From a virus (lineage: Duplodnaviria; Caudoviricetes), in IMG/VR virus record IMGVR_UViG_3300021121_000001, positions 51,328 to 115,327 of that record: DNA of 64,000 nt. The stretch is one strand, 5' to 3'. Below the pieces are notes generated by a model. The model saw only the letters and a list, made by a program, of their open reading frames with translations. It did no database searches and was not told where the DNA came from. How positions within the stretch are numbered: position 1 is the first letter of the stretch; each line of letters starts with the position of its first letter. The position numbers were made by a program, and so were the translations under genes. Below are positions 39,562-50,095 of the stretch, in pieces.

Positions 39562-40279
39562 ACTAAACTGGAATGCATTTAAAGACCTTATAGATGTTTC
39601 CTGGCACAAAGATCTGCAACCATTTATAGAAAGTAAAGAATGCTATGACATCTATCAGCATCTTAAAAGTTTGCCAAGAAATGAGGCAATACCAAAAAGT
39701 GAATTATTATGGAGACCTTTCCAAGAATGTAAGAAAGAAGACCTTAAAGTAGTTTTTATGGGATTGAGTCCATATCATACAAGATTCAATAACAGAGATT
39801 TTGCTGATGGCTTGGCTTTTAGTACACAACTTGATAAAACTCCCCCAAGTCTGGAACTATTATGGAATGCTGTAGAAGATGATTTAAAAAATAAAACACA
39901 TAGAGAAAAAGATCTTAAGTTTTGGGCAAATCAAGGAGTTCTTTTGCTTAATGCAGGAATGTCAACTTCTTACCAAAAAGCAGGAAACCATGTTGATTTA
40001 TGGCTGCCATTTCACAAATATATGTATGAGAATGTATATTCTAAACACAATGGATTGATTTTTATATATTTTGGGAAAGAAGCACAAAAACTAAACAAAT
40101 TAGAATCTCCTTTTATTCATTACAGTAAGAATGTAGAACATCCGGCAGCAGCAGCAAGACAAAATAGAGAATTTGCTCATGAAAATTTATTTTCCTGGGC
40201 GAATATGATTTTAAAATCAAATAATGGAATAGAATATCAGATACAATGGATACCTGATTCTGAAGATCTTCCTTTTTAA
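39554..40279 (+). CDS. ung: Uracil-DNA glycosylase
   Basis: GLSPY, ADGLAFS, QGVLLLN and HPA motifs. Confidence 0.88.
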   Translation: MNKLNWNAFKDLIDVSWHKDLQPFIESKECYDIYQHLKSLPRNEAIPKSELLWRPFQECKKEDLKVVFMGLSPYHTRFNNRDFADGLAFSTQLDKTPPSLELLWNAVEDDLKNKTHREKDLKFWANQGVLLLNAGMSTSYQKAGNHVDLWLPFHKYMYENVYSKHNGLIFIYFGKEAQKLNKLESPFIHYSKNVEHPAAAARQNREFAHENLFSWANMILKSNNGIEYQIQWIPDSEDLPF

Positions 40280-40458
40280 ATTAACAATTATGACAACAAA
40301 AGCACAAGTGCTTGTAGAATTAACAATAGAACACAATCCTGAAGCAGATATAAGTGTGATATTATCAGAAATGAATTATGATTTTGAATACAAAATAGAT
40401 TCTGATGGAATTTTTGCAGAGATTACAGATACTAAAATTTTAGAAACAGATTACTAAT

Positions 40459-40656
40459 ATGGAAATAAATATAGTGGAATTAGCAAGTGAAACATCTTTT
40501 TCATATGTTCAAAATCTTGCAGAGCAATTAAAAGAAGAACATTCTATAGAAGATAATGGAGAATTCTATTTTACTGAGAGGTATCAAGAAATATTTAACG
40601 ATGTCTATGATGTAATTTACAATTATATTGAAGAACAAGGATTTAAACAAAACTAA
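40459..40656 (+). CDS. Small acidic protein
   Basis: ORF; resembles 51245..51454. Confidence 0.55.
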   Translation: MEINIVELASETSFSYVQNLAEQLKEEHSIEDNGEFYFTERYQEIFNDVYDVIYNYIEEQGFKQN

Positions 40657-40874
40657 TGGAAGGAATAGAAAAAAGTTACGAGCTATTATCAAGAATAAAA
40701 TGCTTAAATCATTTTCATGAAATTAAATCATGGGTAAATGAGCAAATAGACTTGTTAGATAATACAGGAAAAACAGAATGGGAATATTGTGCCATTAAAT
40801 CAAGATATGACACATTGAAAGAATTTGAAAATATTATTAACGATAAAATAAAAGAAATAAAACCAAATGAATAG
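40656..40874 (+). CDS. Hypothetical protein
   Basis: Coupled ORF. Confidence 0.55.
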   Translation: MEGIEKSYELLSRIKCLNHFHEIKSWVNEQIDLLDNTGKTEWEYCAIKSRYDTLKEFENIINDKIKEIKPNE

Positions 40875-41909
40875 TTACCAAACAACAAAAAGCTTATTGC
40901 TTTCAACAGCAATGCCGGAACAAACAAGAACATATAAACCTGTATCTCATTCACAATTGATTGATCTTACACTAAATAGCATAGAAAAAGCAGGATTTAA
41001 ACTTGACAAAGAACTCTACTCTGCCACTTCTGATGGATCTAAAGCTAATGGCAGATACACAATCAGTAATGTTTCAGATAGTGAAATGCAGCTTCAAATA
41101 GGCTGGCAGAATAGTGTAGATAAGAGTCTTTCTCTTAAATTTGCAATTGGTTGTCAAATCTTCATAAACTAACATGTGAAGAATAAATCTCTTTAATTGA
41201 CTGGAAACCCCTTAGAGCTTTGTACACTCCTACAAACAGTAATGATTTGTGTATAGTAAAAGAGACAAAGATTGGGCAATCAGCAGCCAAGTGTCCTAAA
41301 ATTAGGACAAAGGTTCAACGACTATCCCTTATGGGAGTACACTTAAGTGAGTGGAAACAGGAGAATGCATTAAGCATGTGATATAGTCTGAACATATTAG
41401 AGATAATATGAGTAATTATTTACAAAATACAAATAATTACCTGTAATAATAACGAAATTACAGAAACATAATGATGTCAAAATGGGGTTGTTCATGGAGA
41501 TATGGGCAATTTCAAAAAGAAACATATGGGAGAAATACAGGAATTTACTCCAACTGCAATTACAGAATATATAAAACAAGCAGGAGAAACATTTGAAAAA
41601 ATCCAAAAAGAAAGAGATGCGCTTAAGAAAGTGGAAATAAGTCCAAAAGTAAGAGCAGAGCTTCTTGGAAGAATGTATTTTGAGCAGGAATTACTAAGAG
41701 CAGATCAAATAGGAATTATTAAGAAAGAAATAATTTCTCCTTCGCATGATTATAATTGCAATGGATCTGCATGGGAATTGTATAACTATTGTAATTTTGC
41801 ATTAAAAGATTCACACCCGGCAAGTTACTTTAAGCAGCATACAGAATTGCATAGATTTTTTGTAAATGAATCAGGACTGCTTGTAGATGCAGAAATGGAG
41901 TTGGTATAA
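40867..41909 (+). CDS. DUF932/DUF945-like protein, spliced join(40867..41165,41474..41909), 244 aa
   Basis: TYKPVSH and NSxDKS motifs; splicing restores QIFI-CQNG; C-terminal AWELYN. Confidence 0.8.
41166..41473 (+). mobile_element. Group I intron (308 nt, no ORF; P7.1/P7.2 present, IA-like)
   Basis: 5' exon ends in U pairing with IGS GTGAAGA (U.G); ACAT/ATGT P10; AATTGACTGGAAA, AATCAGCAG, GTTCAACGACTA, GATATAGTC core; terminal G; frame restored. Confidence 0.9.
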
Positions 41910-42020
41910 ATTTACTATTTTATTTATTTTTATATACCCTTTCAGGTATAAAAATACTATTTTTTACAAAAATAATACCGAGAGGGTATAATTTTATTTC
42001 AGAATCAAATTTTAAACATG

Positions 42021-42053
42021 TCCCCTATAACATATTTGTTATAGGGGATTTTT
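42021..42053 (+). terminator. Rho-independent terminator
   Basis: TCCCCTATAACA..TGTTATAGGGGA-TTTTT. Confidence 0.8.
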
Positions 42054-42064
42054 AATTAAATAAT

Positions 42065-42322
42065 ATGTGGTATTTAGATGTAAAACAAACAATATGGGAA
42101 AGAATTGCAATAAATTCTGAAGATGATTATTCTAAAATTGTAGAAATGCTGAAAGAAGGAAAAAGCATTGAAAATATTTATAATGAATATAATATGGATG
42201 AATGTGAAAGTGAAATTCTTTATGATACAGCTACAGAAATGGATATAAATGAAAATGATGAAAATAGCACCATAGAATTATTAGATGAAAACATGCAAAC
42301 TGTCTGGAAAAATGGAAAATGA
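42065..42322 (+). CDS. Acidic hypothetical protein
   Basis: ORF. Confidence 0.6.
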   Translation: MWYLDVKQTIWERIAINSEDDYSKIVEMLKEGKSIENIYNEYNMDECESEILYDTATEMDINENDENSTIELLDENMQTVWKNGK

Positions 42323-42515
42323 AAAAGCTTTAGAAATACTTCTAAAAATATGTGAAGAATCTCCAAAAACTGTAATAGATCATAATTGGGAGGATTATTT
42401 AAAAGATACGGAAACATTGGAAGCTATTTTAACAATAGCAAAACTTCCAAATTATAGAAAAGTGTTAAAATTCTATGAAGGATACACTATTGAAGAACTA
42501 ATAAACAAAAAATAA
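42312..42515 (+). CDS. Hypothetical protein
   Basis: Coupled ORF (MENEKAL). Confidence 0.55.
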   Translation: MENEKALEILLKICEESPKTVIDHNWEDYLKDTETLEAILTIAKLPNYRKVLKFYEGYTIEELINKK

Positions 42516-44797
42516 TGGAACAAATAGGTGTAAAAAGTGACATTTCAAAATTACAACAATTATTGGGAAGTAAACTGTATTCAGATAAATACAGTTTTAT
42601 TCAAGAGCAAATGCAAAATTCCACAGATGCAATGAGAAAATGTGGAAAAGGTGATGAACCTTTTCATGTAGGAATTAAAAAAGATACTGGCGTATTTACA
42701 TTTTTTATTAGAGATTTTGGCTGTAGCTTTGAAAGCATTGATGATTTTAAAAGACTCATTGGTACATTGCTGGAATCAAGTAAATCTCAACAAAAAGATG
42801 CAAGTGAAGGTCAGGAACTTGGCAAATATGGGATAGGCAGTATTGCCTGTGCAGCCTATAATAAAGAATGGAATTATAAAGTTTATAAGAATGGGAAAGG
42901 TTTTGATGCAAATTTGAAAGAAATTGATGGAAAAGGATTGTTTCTTGGATGTTCTGATTATTATGAAACTGAAGAAGTGGATGGTGTTTATTTTGAAGTT
43001 GAAATAAATACAGAAATTAATGAATTTTATGATAAGCTCATCCAGAAAGCAAAATATTTTCAAAATATAAAATTTGTATGGGATAGTGATACTTTGGCAT
43101 ATTTTAAAAGTAAATATTTCGATGTTTCAAGCATTATTGACATTAACCAAAGATTCAAAATAGTGAGATCTGAAGATTTTCAGTACAGTACTTTGAATGA
43201 GCTTAATGAAATGCATATTTGTTTGGATCAATACAGCTATTTTATAAATTGGACAGAAGCAGGAATAAATAGAATAAAATTACCAATAGCTCTTAGATTT
43301 AGTTTAAATGAATTTGAAACCAATCCTACAAGAGAGGTTATAACAATTGATGAGAGCTATAAAGAAAAGATCAGAAACAAGGTAAAAAAAGTAGCTAAAT
43401 ATTTTCTGGATAAATACAATGAAGAAAATCCAGTATTTGAAGCAGAAAATCTTAAAATATATGAGCAAGAATTAATAAGAAGAGATGATAAATCCATCAA
43501 GATTGCGAATAAAGTAATAGATATTGAAGAGTTCTGTAAAACATATACACATGGATCATTTAATCTCCCCACTTTTAAAAATATAACTCCTAAAACATTA
43601 GATGATTTTCATAGATTTATGAATTTTTACGGAAGAAGAGTGTATAATGTATCTTATAAAATAAGAAGAGGAACATTATTAAGAAATACAAGTCTTACAT
43701 GGAATGAAAGAAGTACATTTATTCTTACAAATAGAAGATTGAAAAGATTTGAACAGGACTATTTAAAAACAAAAAATGATACATTTTATATAATTGAAAA
43801 AAGTAAAAATGACATAGTTTTAAAACATGACGGAATTAATCCTTCTATACAAACGCATTTTAATATTGAAGAAAGGGATATAAATTCAGAGCATGAAAAG
43901 ATGTTTGAAGATTTCAAACTTCTAAAAGAAGAACATGATAAAAATGTGTTTCTTAAAATAGAAGATATTATCCCAAAAGATTATGAAAACACCCTTCCTA
44001 AAAAAGAAAAAAAGAAAAAGGAAAAGGTGGAGAAATCAGAAGAAGAAATATTTTTGAAATACCCAAGAAGACCTGAAAGATCCTGTTCATGGTTTGCTGT
44101 ATGGCAAGATGCTCCTGTAAAAATGAAAAATTTGAGCAGGCTTCCAAAACTTCATATTTATGGAACAGAATCTAAAAGAAAAGATTTAGAATCACTTTAT
44201 GTAAAATTTCAAAAAAAGGATACAAATTTACAAATAATAATGGTTAGCGAAAAAACAGAAAAAATGCTTAAACAGGAAAACAATCATAATTTCATTCACA
44301 TAGATGATTTGAAAAACAATTTTGGAGTTATTTCAAAATATGCAACAATGGGTTATATAAAGAGCCAAGTATCAGATATTGAAAATATTTTGAAGCATCA
44401 TGAAATAATAAAAACCTATATATCAAAACAAATAGGTGATGACATGAATGAACTGGATGTTTTGCTTAAAAAATATGATCCAGATGATATTTTTTATGGA
44501 TTTGAAAAAACTATAATTAAAGAGATTGTAGATTTTTACAACAACAATCCAAAACTTTATGATCAGAATATTTTAGATAAAGCAAATAAAGTTTTAAGAG
44601 TGGCATCTAAATTGGACTTTGTGACTCTTTTTGCACATGATATAAAAACACAAAGTTCAAGAAAGGATATTGCTATTAAGACAATGAATGATATTTGCAG
44701 ATTCAGACAAGTTAGGATGAATTGGGAAAATTATATATTGGATAAAATAGAGCCTGTTAAACAGGTTGTAATTGTAGAAGAGGAGGCTGAAGTATGA
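42515..44797 (+). CDS. rIIA-like protein with N-terminal GHKL/HSP90-type ATPase
   Basis: LYSDK..IQEQMQNSTDA, IRDFG, SSK, GKYGIG, PTRE motifs. Confidence 0.8.
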   Translation: MEQIGVKSDISKLQQLLGSKLYSDKYSFIQEQMQNSTDAMRKCGKGDEPFHVGIKKDTGVFTFFIRDFGCSFESIDDFKRLIGTLLESSKSQQKDASEGQELGKYGIGSIACAAYNKEWNYKVYKNGKGFDANLKEIDGKGLFLGCSDYYETEEVDGVYFEVEINTEINEFYDKLIQKAKYFQNIKFVWDSDTLAYFKSKYFDVSSIIDINQRFKIVRSEDFQYSTLNELNEMHICLDQYSYFINWTEAGINRIKLPIALRFSLNEFETNPTREVITIDESYKEKIRNKVKKVAKYFLDKYNEENPVFEAENLKIYEQELIRRDDKSIKIANKVIDIEEFCKTYTHGSFNLPTFKNITPKTLDDFHRFMNFYGRRVYNVSYKIRRGTLLRNTSLTWNERSTFILTNRRLKRFEQDYLKTKNDTFYIIEKSKNDIVLKHDGINPSIQTHFNIEERDINSEHEKMFEDFKLLKEEHDKNVFLKIEDIIPKDYENTLPKKEKKKKEKVEKSEEEIFLKYPRRPERSCSWFAVWQDAPVKMKNLSRLPKLHIYGTESKRKDLESLYVKFQKKDTNLQIIMVSEKTEKMLKQENNHNFIHIDDLKNNFGVISKYATMGYIKSQVSDIENILKHHEIIKTYISKQIGDDMNELDVLLKKYDPDDIFYGFEKTIIKEIVDFYNNNPKLYDQNILDKANKVLRVASKLDFVTLFAHDIKTQSSRKDIAIKTMNDICRFRQVRMNWENYILDKIEPVKQVVIVEEEAEV

Positions 44798-45030
44798 ATG
44801 AAATGATTTCTGAATTGCTTAATTCTGATATACAGGAAAATAGAGAATTGGGAAGTGCGCTTCTTAAATCAGAACATATTCCTGAAAAAGAAAGGGAATA
44901 TTTTATTAGTGCTTTAATTGAAAAATTCCTAAAAAATCAAATAGGAAATACAGAAGTACTCAAAAATGTAATAGAGGCGTATAATAATTTATCAAGTAAC
45001 AATATTAAAAACAGAATAGAAAAAATATGA
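44794..45030 (+). CDS. Small LLNSxxxE-motif (HEAT/ARM-like) protein
   Basis: ISELLNSDIQENRELGSALL; coupled to neighbours. Confidence 0.65.
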   Translation: MNEMISELLNSDIQENRELGSALLKSEHIPEKEREYFISALIEKFLKNQIGNTEVLKNVIEAYNNLSSNNIKNRIEKI

Positions 45031-45659
45031 TTAAAAATTATGTTGTGGGAGATATTCTGACAAAAGCAGAATATGGTAATATACAGAAAAAACTGCTAGA
45101 AAAAATAAAAAATAAAGCAGAATTAGGACCCGGTAATGTATATTTCTCCAAAGAAGTAAAAACATCAAGAAGGCAATTTCAGCAGGATAATCCAGAGAAT
45201 AAAATTGTAAAAGACAAAAAAGAAGCAAAATATCATATAGGAGGAGTTCCAGATGTTAGTTTTTATTTTGGTGCTGCTAATCAAGAAGAATTTAAAGAAT
45301 CTGATATGTCAGATCATTGGAGATATGGTAGATGGCAAAAGTTGAATAATATTATTGATTTTATTAATTCAGATGTTATTTACATACACCCTAAAAACAT
45401 AAAATTAAAAGCATCTAATGGAGAAATTCCAACTGAAATGATTGAAAAGATACAATTAATGCTGCAATCTCCAGATGTAGAAACTTTAAATCTTGGTTTG
45501 TCTATTCTTTTTGAATATGATCATGAGATAAATACAGATGTATTTTTAGTGCTGTTATGTAAAGCAAATTATAACACTTGGTGGAAAAGGAGTAAATCAA
45601 GAAAAACAGAACCCAAAATTAAATGGATAAAAGACAAATATTTAAACAAAAACTTCTAA
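45027..45659 (+). CDS. Hypothetical protein with C-terminal MLQSPDVE motif
   Basis: Coupled ORF directly upstream of MoxR. Confidence 0.7.
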   Translation: MIKNYVVGDILTKAEYGNIQKKLLEKIKNKAELGPGNVYFSKEVKTSRRQFQQDNPENKIVKDKKEAKYHIGGVPDVSFYFGAANQEEFKESDMSDHWRYGRWQKLNNIIDFINSDVIYIHPKNIKLKASNGEIPTEMIEKIQLMLQSPDVETLNLGLSILFEYDHEINTDVFLVLLCKANYNTWWKRSKSRKTEPKIKWIKDKYLNKNF

Positions 45660-45671
45660 AAAATTAAAAAA

Positions 45672-47176
45672 ATGAACACAGAATTAATACCTAGCGAAGT
45701 AGCAAATATACTAAGATATACAATTAAACAAAATGTAGATCTGTCTGAAAAAGGACATGCTCCGGTAGCTATAAATATTGAAGGTGAAGCAGGACTTGGT
45801 AAAACATCAGTGGTGAAACAAGTGTGTGCTGAAAATAAAACACATCATTATATAAGACTCAATCTATCTGAAATTGAAATTGGGGATTAACCAAAAAAGT
45901 CAAATTTTAAAATGTTAATTTATATATTTTGACTTACTAAGTCCCCGTTAAATTCTGTGAATTGCTGGAAAAGCCTAAAAGGGTCAATCAGCAGCCAAGT
46001 TTTATAGAAATATAAAAAAGGTTCAACGACTAGCGTAAGGAGTCTTAACAGGTGGTGCTGAAGATAGTAAAACGCCAAGAGCGCAGAAAAATAATTGAAT
46101 ATACCAATATTCTTAAATTATTTATGATATAGTCTGAACTACAGCTATAAATAAAACTGTAGAAGTAAAGGATAAAGAGCCTTTACGATAACAAAATGTT
46201 AGTTGGTTTTCCAAACATACAATATAAATTGTGCAAAGAAGAAAATTGTCTTTGGGTTGCAGATAAAATTCTAAATGATTTTATTCTTCAGGGTTATCAT
46301 GCAAATGGAGAAACAAGAATGTCTTATGCTAAACCTGAATGGCTTGTTGGAAAAGAAGATAAACCTGTTTGTCTTGTTCTTGATGACTTTTCTAGAAGTA
46401 ATCCATTGATGATGAACGCTTGTATGCGTATAACTGATGAGCAGGAAACAACTTCATGGAAACTGCCTAAAGGTTCAAGTGTAATTCTAACTTCCAATCC
46501 TGATGACAGTGACACAAGCTTTTCAGTTGTATCTCTGGATGAGGCTCAAAAAACAAGATTTTTGACACTAAAAATGAAAGCAAGTGTTAACGATTGGGCT
46601 TTAGATTATGCTGAACCGGCAGGACTTAGCAGTTCATTTATTAATTTTCTTCTTAAACATCCTGAAATTATTGAAGGATCAAGTAAAGATGATGATGGAA
46701 ATGCCATTAAGAAAGGAAATCTAAGAGTTTGGACTAAGTTCTTTCATCTATGTGAAGGTCTTGCTAATAATCTTTCTGAAAATTGGAACACGGTTTTCCT
46801 TCTTGGTCAAAATTCTCTTCCTGTAGAACATCTTTTGATGTTGAATAAATTTATTGAAAATAAATTAGATAAACTCCCTTCTCCTGAAGAGTTGCTAAAA
46901 GGTAAAGCAGAAGATGCGTTGGATAAATTGAAATCTGTAATAGGAACAGAAGGAAACAAAAGAATTGATATTTCTTCTATTTTGAGTAGGAGAATTATGA
47001 ATTATACTTTGGTGAATCATAAAAAATTCACTAAGGATATGGTGGATGTTTATGCTTCTATTATGGAAAGCAATTACATGTCTCCAGATCTTGTATTGCT
47101 TTCTGTTAAAAAGACAGCAAAACTGTTTCCTGATTTGATCAAAAGACCAAAGCTTATAGCATTATTAACACAATAA
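45672..47176 (+). CDS. MoxR-like AAA+ ATPase, spliced join(45672..45887,46199..47176), 397 aa
   Basis: GEAGLGKT, restored IGD|LVGFP, LVLDDFSR, TSNP, LDEAQKTRF. Confidence 0.9.
45888..46198 (+). mobile_element. Group I intron (311 nt, no ORF)
   Basis: Exon GGGGAU pairs with GTCCCC (45941-46); ACTAA/TTAGT P10; AATTGCTGGAAA, AATCAGCAG, GTTCAACGACTA, GATATAGTC core; ends in G. Confidence 0.92.
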
Positions 47177-47183
47177 TTAACAT

Positions 47184-47212
47184 AAAAGGGGCAATATTTT
47201 TTGCCCCTTTTT
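47184..47212 (+). terminator. Rho-independent terminator between MoxR and VWA genes
   Basis: AAAAGGGGCAA..TTGCCCCTTTTT. Confidence 0.75.
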
Positions 47213-47241
47213 ATTATTTTTGTGTCTTAAATTAAATTGTT

Positions 47242-47444
47242 ATGAGTGTTAAAGAAATGTTAAATTCTGATGATATAGAAACAGCTAATTAGCTGCAAAT
47301 ATATTAATAAAAGAAATGTCAACTAACGATTTGACCCTATTACTTGATAAGGAAGGTAAATACAAATTATGGTCAAAAAATGGAGATGAGGTTTCTTTGA
47401 ATTACACTCCTAAGTATTTACTTACTAAAAAACCAATAAAATGA
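47242..47444 (+). pseudogene. Frameshifted small MLNSDDIE-motif gene
   Basis: MSVKEMLNSDDIETAN then TAG at 47290; the -1 frame continues LAANILIKE... to a TGA overlapping the next ATG. Confidence 0.6.
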
Positions 47445-50095
47445 ATTACATAAAACAAGAAAAAGAATTACAGAATATAAGCTTTCAACTCTTAAATAGT
47501 TCACAGACAGTATTTTATGGAATATTTTTAACAGAAGTTAACAAATATTTCAATAAGAGAATACCTACAGCATGTCTTGCAAAACATGAAAATGCAAGAG
47601 TTCCTGTAATGTTATTCAATCCTGAGTTTTGGGAAACTTTGAATGAAAAGCAAAGGAAATTTTTGGTTTTGCATGAAACTATGCACCTTATAGATTCTTG
47701 CTTTACAATGAGCAGGAAATTTGGAATGGAATCACCTTTAGACAATATTGCAATGGATGCATCTATAAATTCAAGACTTATAAATAATTATAAAGAAGAA
47801 ATAGAATTTATAGAAGGAGGAATATTGCCAAAAAACTTCCCTGAATTAAAATTGGAAGAAGAAAAAGATAGTGTTTATTATTACAGAATATTTAAGGAAG
47901 CAAAAAATAAGAAAGAAGAATCTAAAGGGAAAGAAGATAGCAAGGCAGGAGAACCTGGAAATAAAAATGGAACTTCTGGTTGCAAAAATCTTGATGATCT
48001 TCTTGATAACCAAGAAAAAATTGATTCCCATCCCACGTGGTCACAAGTGACAGAAGGAATGTCAGATATAGAAAAAGAAATACTTAAAAGGGATATAGTA
48101 AATAGGCTTGAAAAAATAGCTGAAGAGGTAAGTAAGCAAAATGGAAATATTCCTTCTCATTTAGAGGGTGTACTAAAAAGTATACAGAAAATAAAAGAAT
48201 CTGTTAGTTGGAAAGCTTTGTTAAGAAGATTTGTAGGAAGTACAGTTTCTTCAGATATTATGGCTAACAGAAAAAGACCAAGTAGGAGATTTGAAGAAAA
48301 TCCTTCTACAAAATTTAAATTTAAAGTATCTGGTTTATTTGCTTCAGATTAAAAATTGGCATGGTTTTTGTGTTTTATATGTGGAACTATTTCTCATTAA
48401 AACTAACAAAAATTAAAAATGATTAAAAAAAGAAAAATATGGACAAAAGAAGAAGAAGAACTTCTTAAAAAATTGATAATTGATAAAAAAACAACTGTTA
48501 AACAACTAGAAAGTATTTTTAGCACCTTAAAATCAAACATTTATAGTAAACTAAAAAGATTAAATTTATCTTTTACAGATTATTCTTTAATAAAAAATAA
48601 AAATTATTTTATAAAAGATGATATTATAACTGATTATAAAAATGGTTTAAATTGCTATCAAATAGCTAAAAAGTACAATACAACAAACACTTCTGTTGCA
48701 AAAATATTAAAATTAAATAATATTAAAATCATACCTTATCATTTAAAAAGTGCTAAAAAATATGATTTTAATGAAAACTATTTTGATTTAATAGACACAA
48801 AAGAAAAAGCTTATTGGCTTGGATTAATATATGCTGACGGAAATATATCAAAAGATTCTTTAAGAATATCTTTAAAAATATCAGATATTGATATTTTAAA
48901 ACAATTTAAAGATTGTATAGAATATACAGGAGATATAAAAATAAGTAGAAAAAAAGATAATATTATTTATGGTAAAAAGTGTAATTTTGAAGATACTGCA
49001 ACTATAAATATTTACTCAAAGCATATTTTTAATACAATACAAAAGTGGGGAGTTGTTCCTAACAAAACACATTTATTAACTTTTCCAAGTTTTTTAAAAA
49101 AAGAATTAATTAAAAGTTTTATGTTGGGGTATTTTGATGGAGATGGTGGAGTGAGTTTAACAAAAAAAACAGGTGAAATTAACATTAGTATTATTGGGAC
49201 AGAGGCATTTATTTTAGAATATCAAAACATATTAATAAAAGAGTTAGGTTTTAAAAAAACTAAATTATATGAAAGATACCCTGAAAGAAATACAAATACT
49301 AGAAGTTTTAATTACGGTGGAAATAAACAATTATCAAAATTTATAAAATGGTTATATAAAGATGAACCAATATTTTTGTCCAGAAAATATAATAAATTAA
49401 TCAATAATGTCAAGAGTCCTATAAAAAAGTAATTTTTTATAAGTATGTAGTGAATTGACTGGAAACCCCTTAGAGCTTTGTACACTCCTACAAACAGTAA
49501 TGATTTGTGTATAGTAAAAGAGACAAAGATTGGGCAATCAGCAGCTAAGTATCCTAATTAAAGGATAAAAGTTCAACGACTATTCCAGTGATGGAAGTAC
49601 ACTCAAGTGAGTGGAAGTGCTACACACCCTTATGGGGTGATGATATAGTCTAATCTTATAGGAAACTATAAGCAGTTTAATAAACGAATATAAATTAACG
49701 ACTTATATTGAATACAAATGTCAAGTGGATCAGTTTCAGATGAAATGCTTGAATTATGCAATTCAGAATTATATAATGTCTGGAAAGCAGGGGGTGATAT
49801 TGATTATATTAGTTGGGATCAGGAGGTGGATTCAGCAGGAGCTAAAGAATATGATGGAAAATTAAAAATAGAAAGAACTCAATGTGGTGGTACAGATTTG
49901 AATTCTGCAATTGTCTATGCAAATGAAAATTATAAAAAAAATAATTGGAATTTTTGTATAATAACAACTGATGGATATATTCCAAATATTACAATAAAAG
50001 CTAAAATACCAACAATGATACTTATAACTCCTGACGGGGTTACAAATTTTGGAAATCCTTTTAATTACAAAGTAGTAAAAATGCAAAAATGGTAA
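47441..50095 (+). CDS. Metallopeptidase (HExxH) + VWA protein (DUF2201-like), spliced join(47441..48349,49721..50095), 427 aa
   Basis: LHETMH, NIAMDxxIN, RPSRRF; splicing restores MIDAS D|SSGS; GGTD, TDG. Confidence 0.85.
48350..49720 (+). mobile_element. Group I intron (1371 nt) carrying a LAGLIDADG HEG 5' of the core
   Basis: Core at 49445-49720 nearly identical to the 41166 intron; 5' U and 3' G junction restores the frame; IGS pairing is weak. Confidence 0.85.
48419..49432 (+). CDS. Intron-encoded LAGLIDADG homing endonuclease with N-terminal HTH modules
   Basis: YWLGLIYADG and FMLGYFDGDG; WTKEEE Myb-like start. Confidence 0.9.
   Translation: MIKKRKIWTKEEEELLKKLIIDKKTTVKQLESIFSTLKSNIYSKLKRLNLSFTDYSLIKNKNYFIKDDIITDYKNGLNCYQIAKKYNTTNTSVAKILKLNNIKIIPYHLKSAKKYDFNENYFDLIDTKEKAYWLGLIYADGNISKDSLRISLKISDIDILKQFKDCIEYTGDIKISRKKDNIIYGKKCNFEDTATINIYSKHIFNTIQKWGVVPNKTHLLTFPSFLKKELIKSFMLGYFDGDGGVSLTKKTGEINISIIGTEAFILEYQNILIKELGFKKTKLYERYPERNTNTRSFNYGGNKQLSKFIKWLYKDEPIFLSRKYNKLINNVKSPIKK

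Noticed and set aside
41502-50095. 41502, 46196 and 49718 ORFs as independent genes
   Set aside because: They are second exons; splicing restores conserved motifs.
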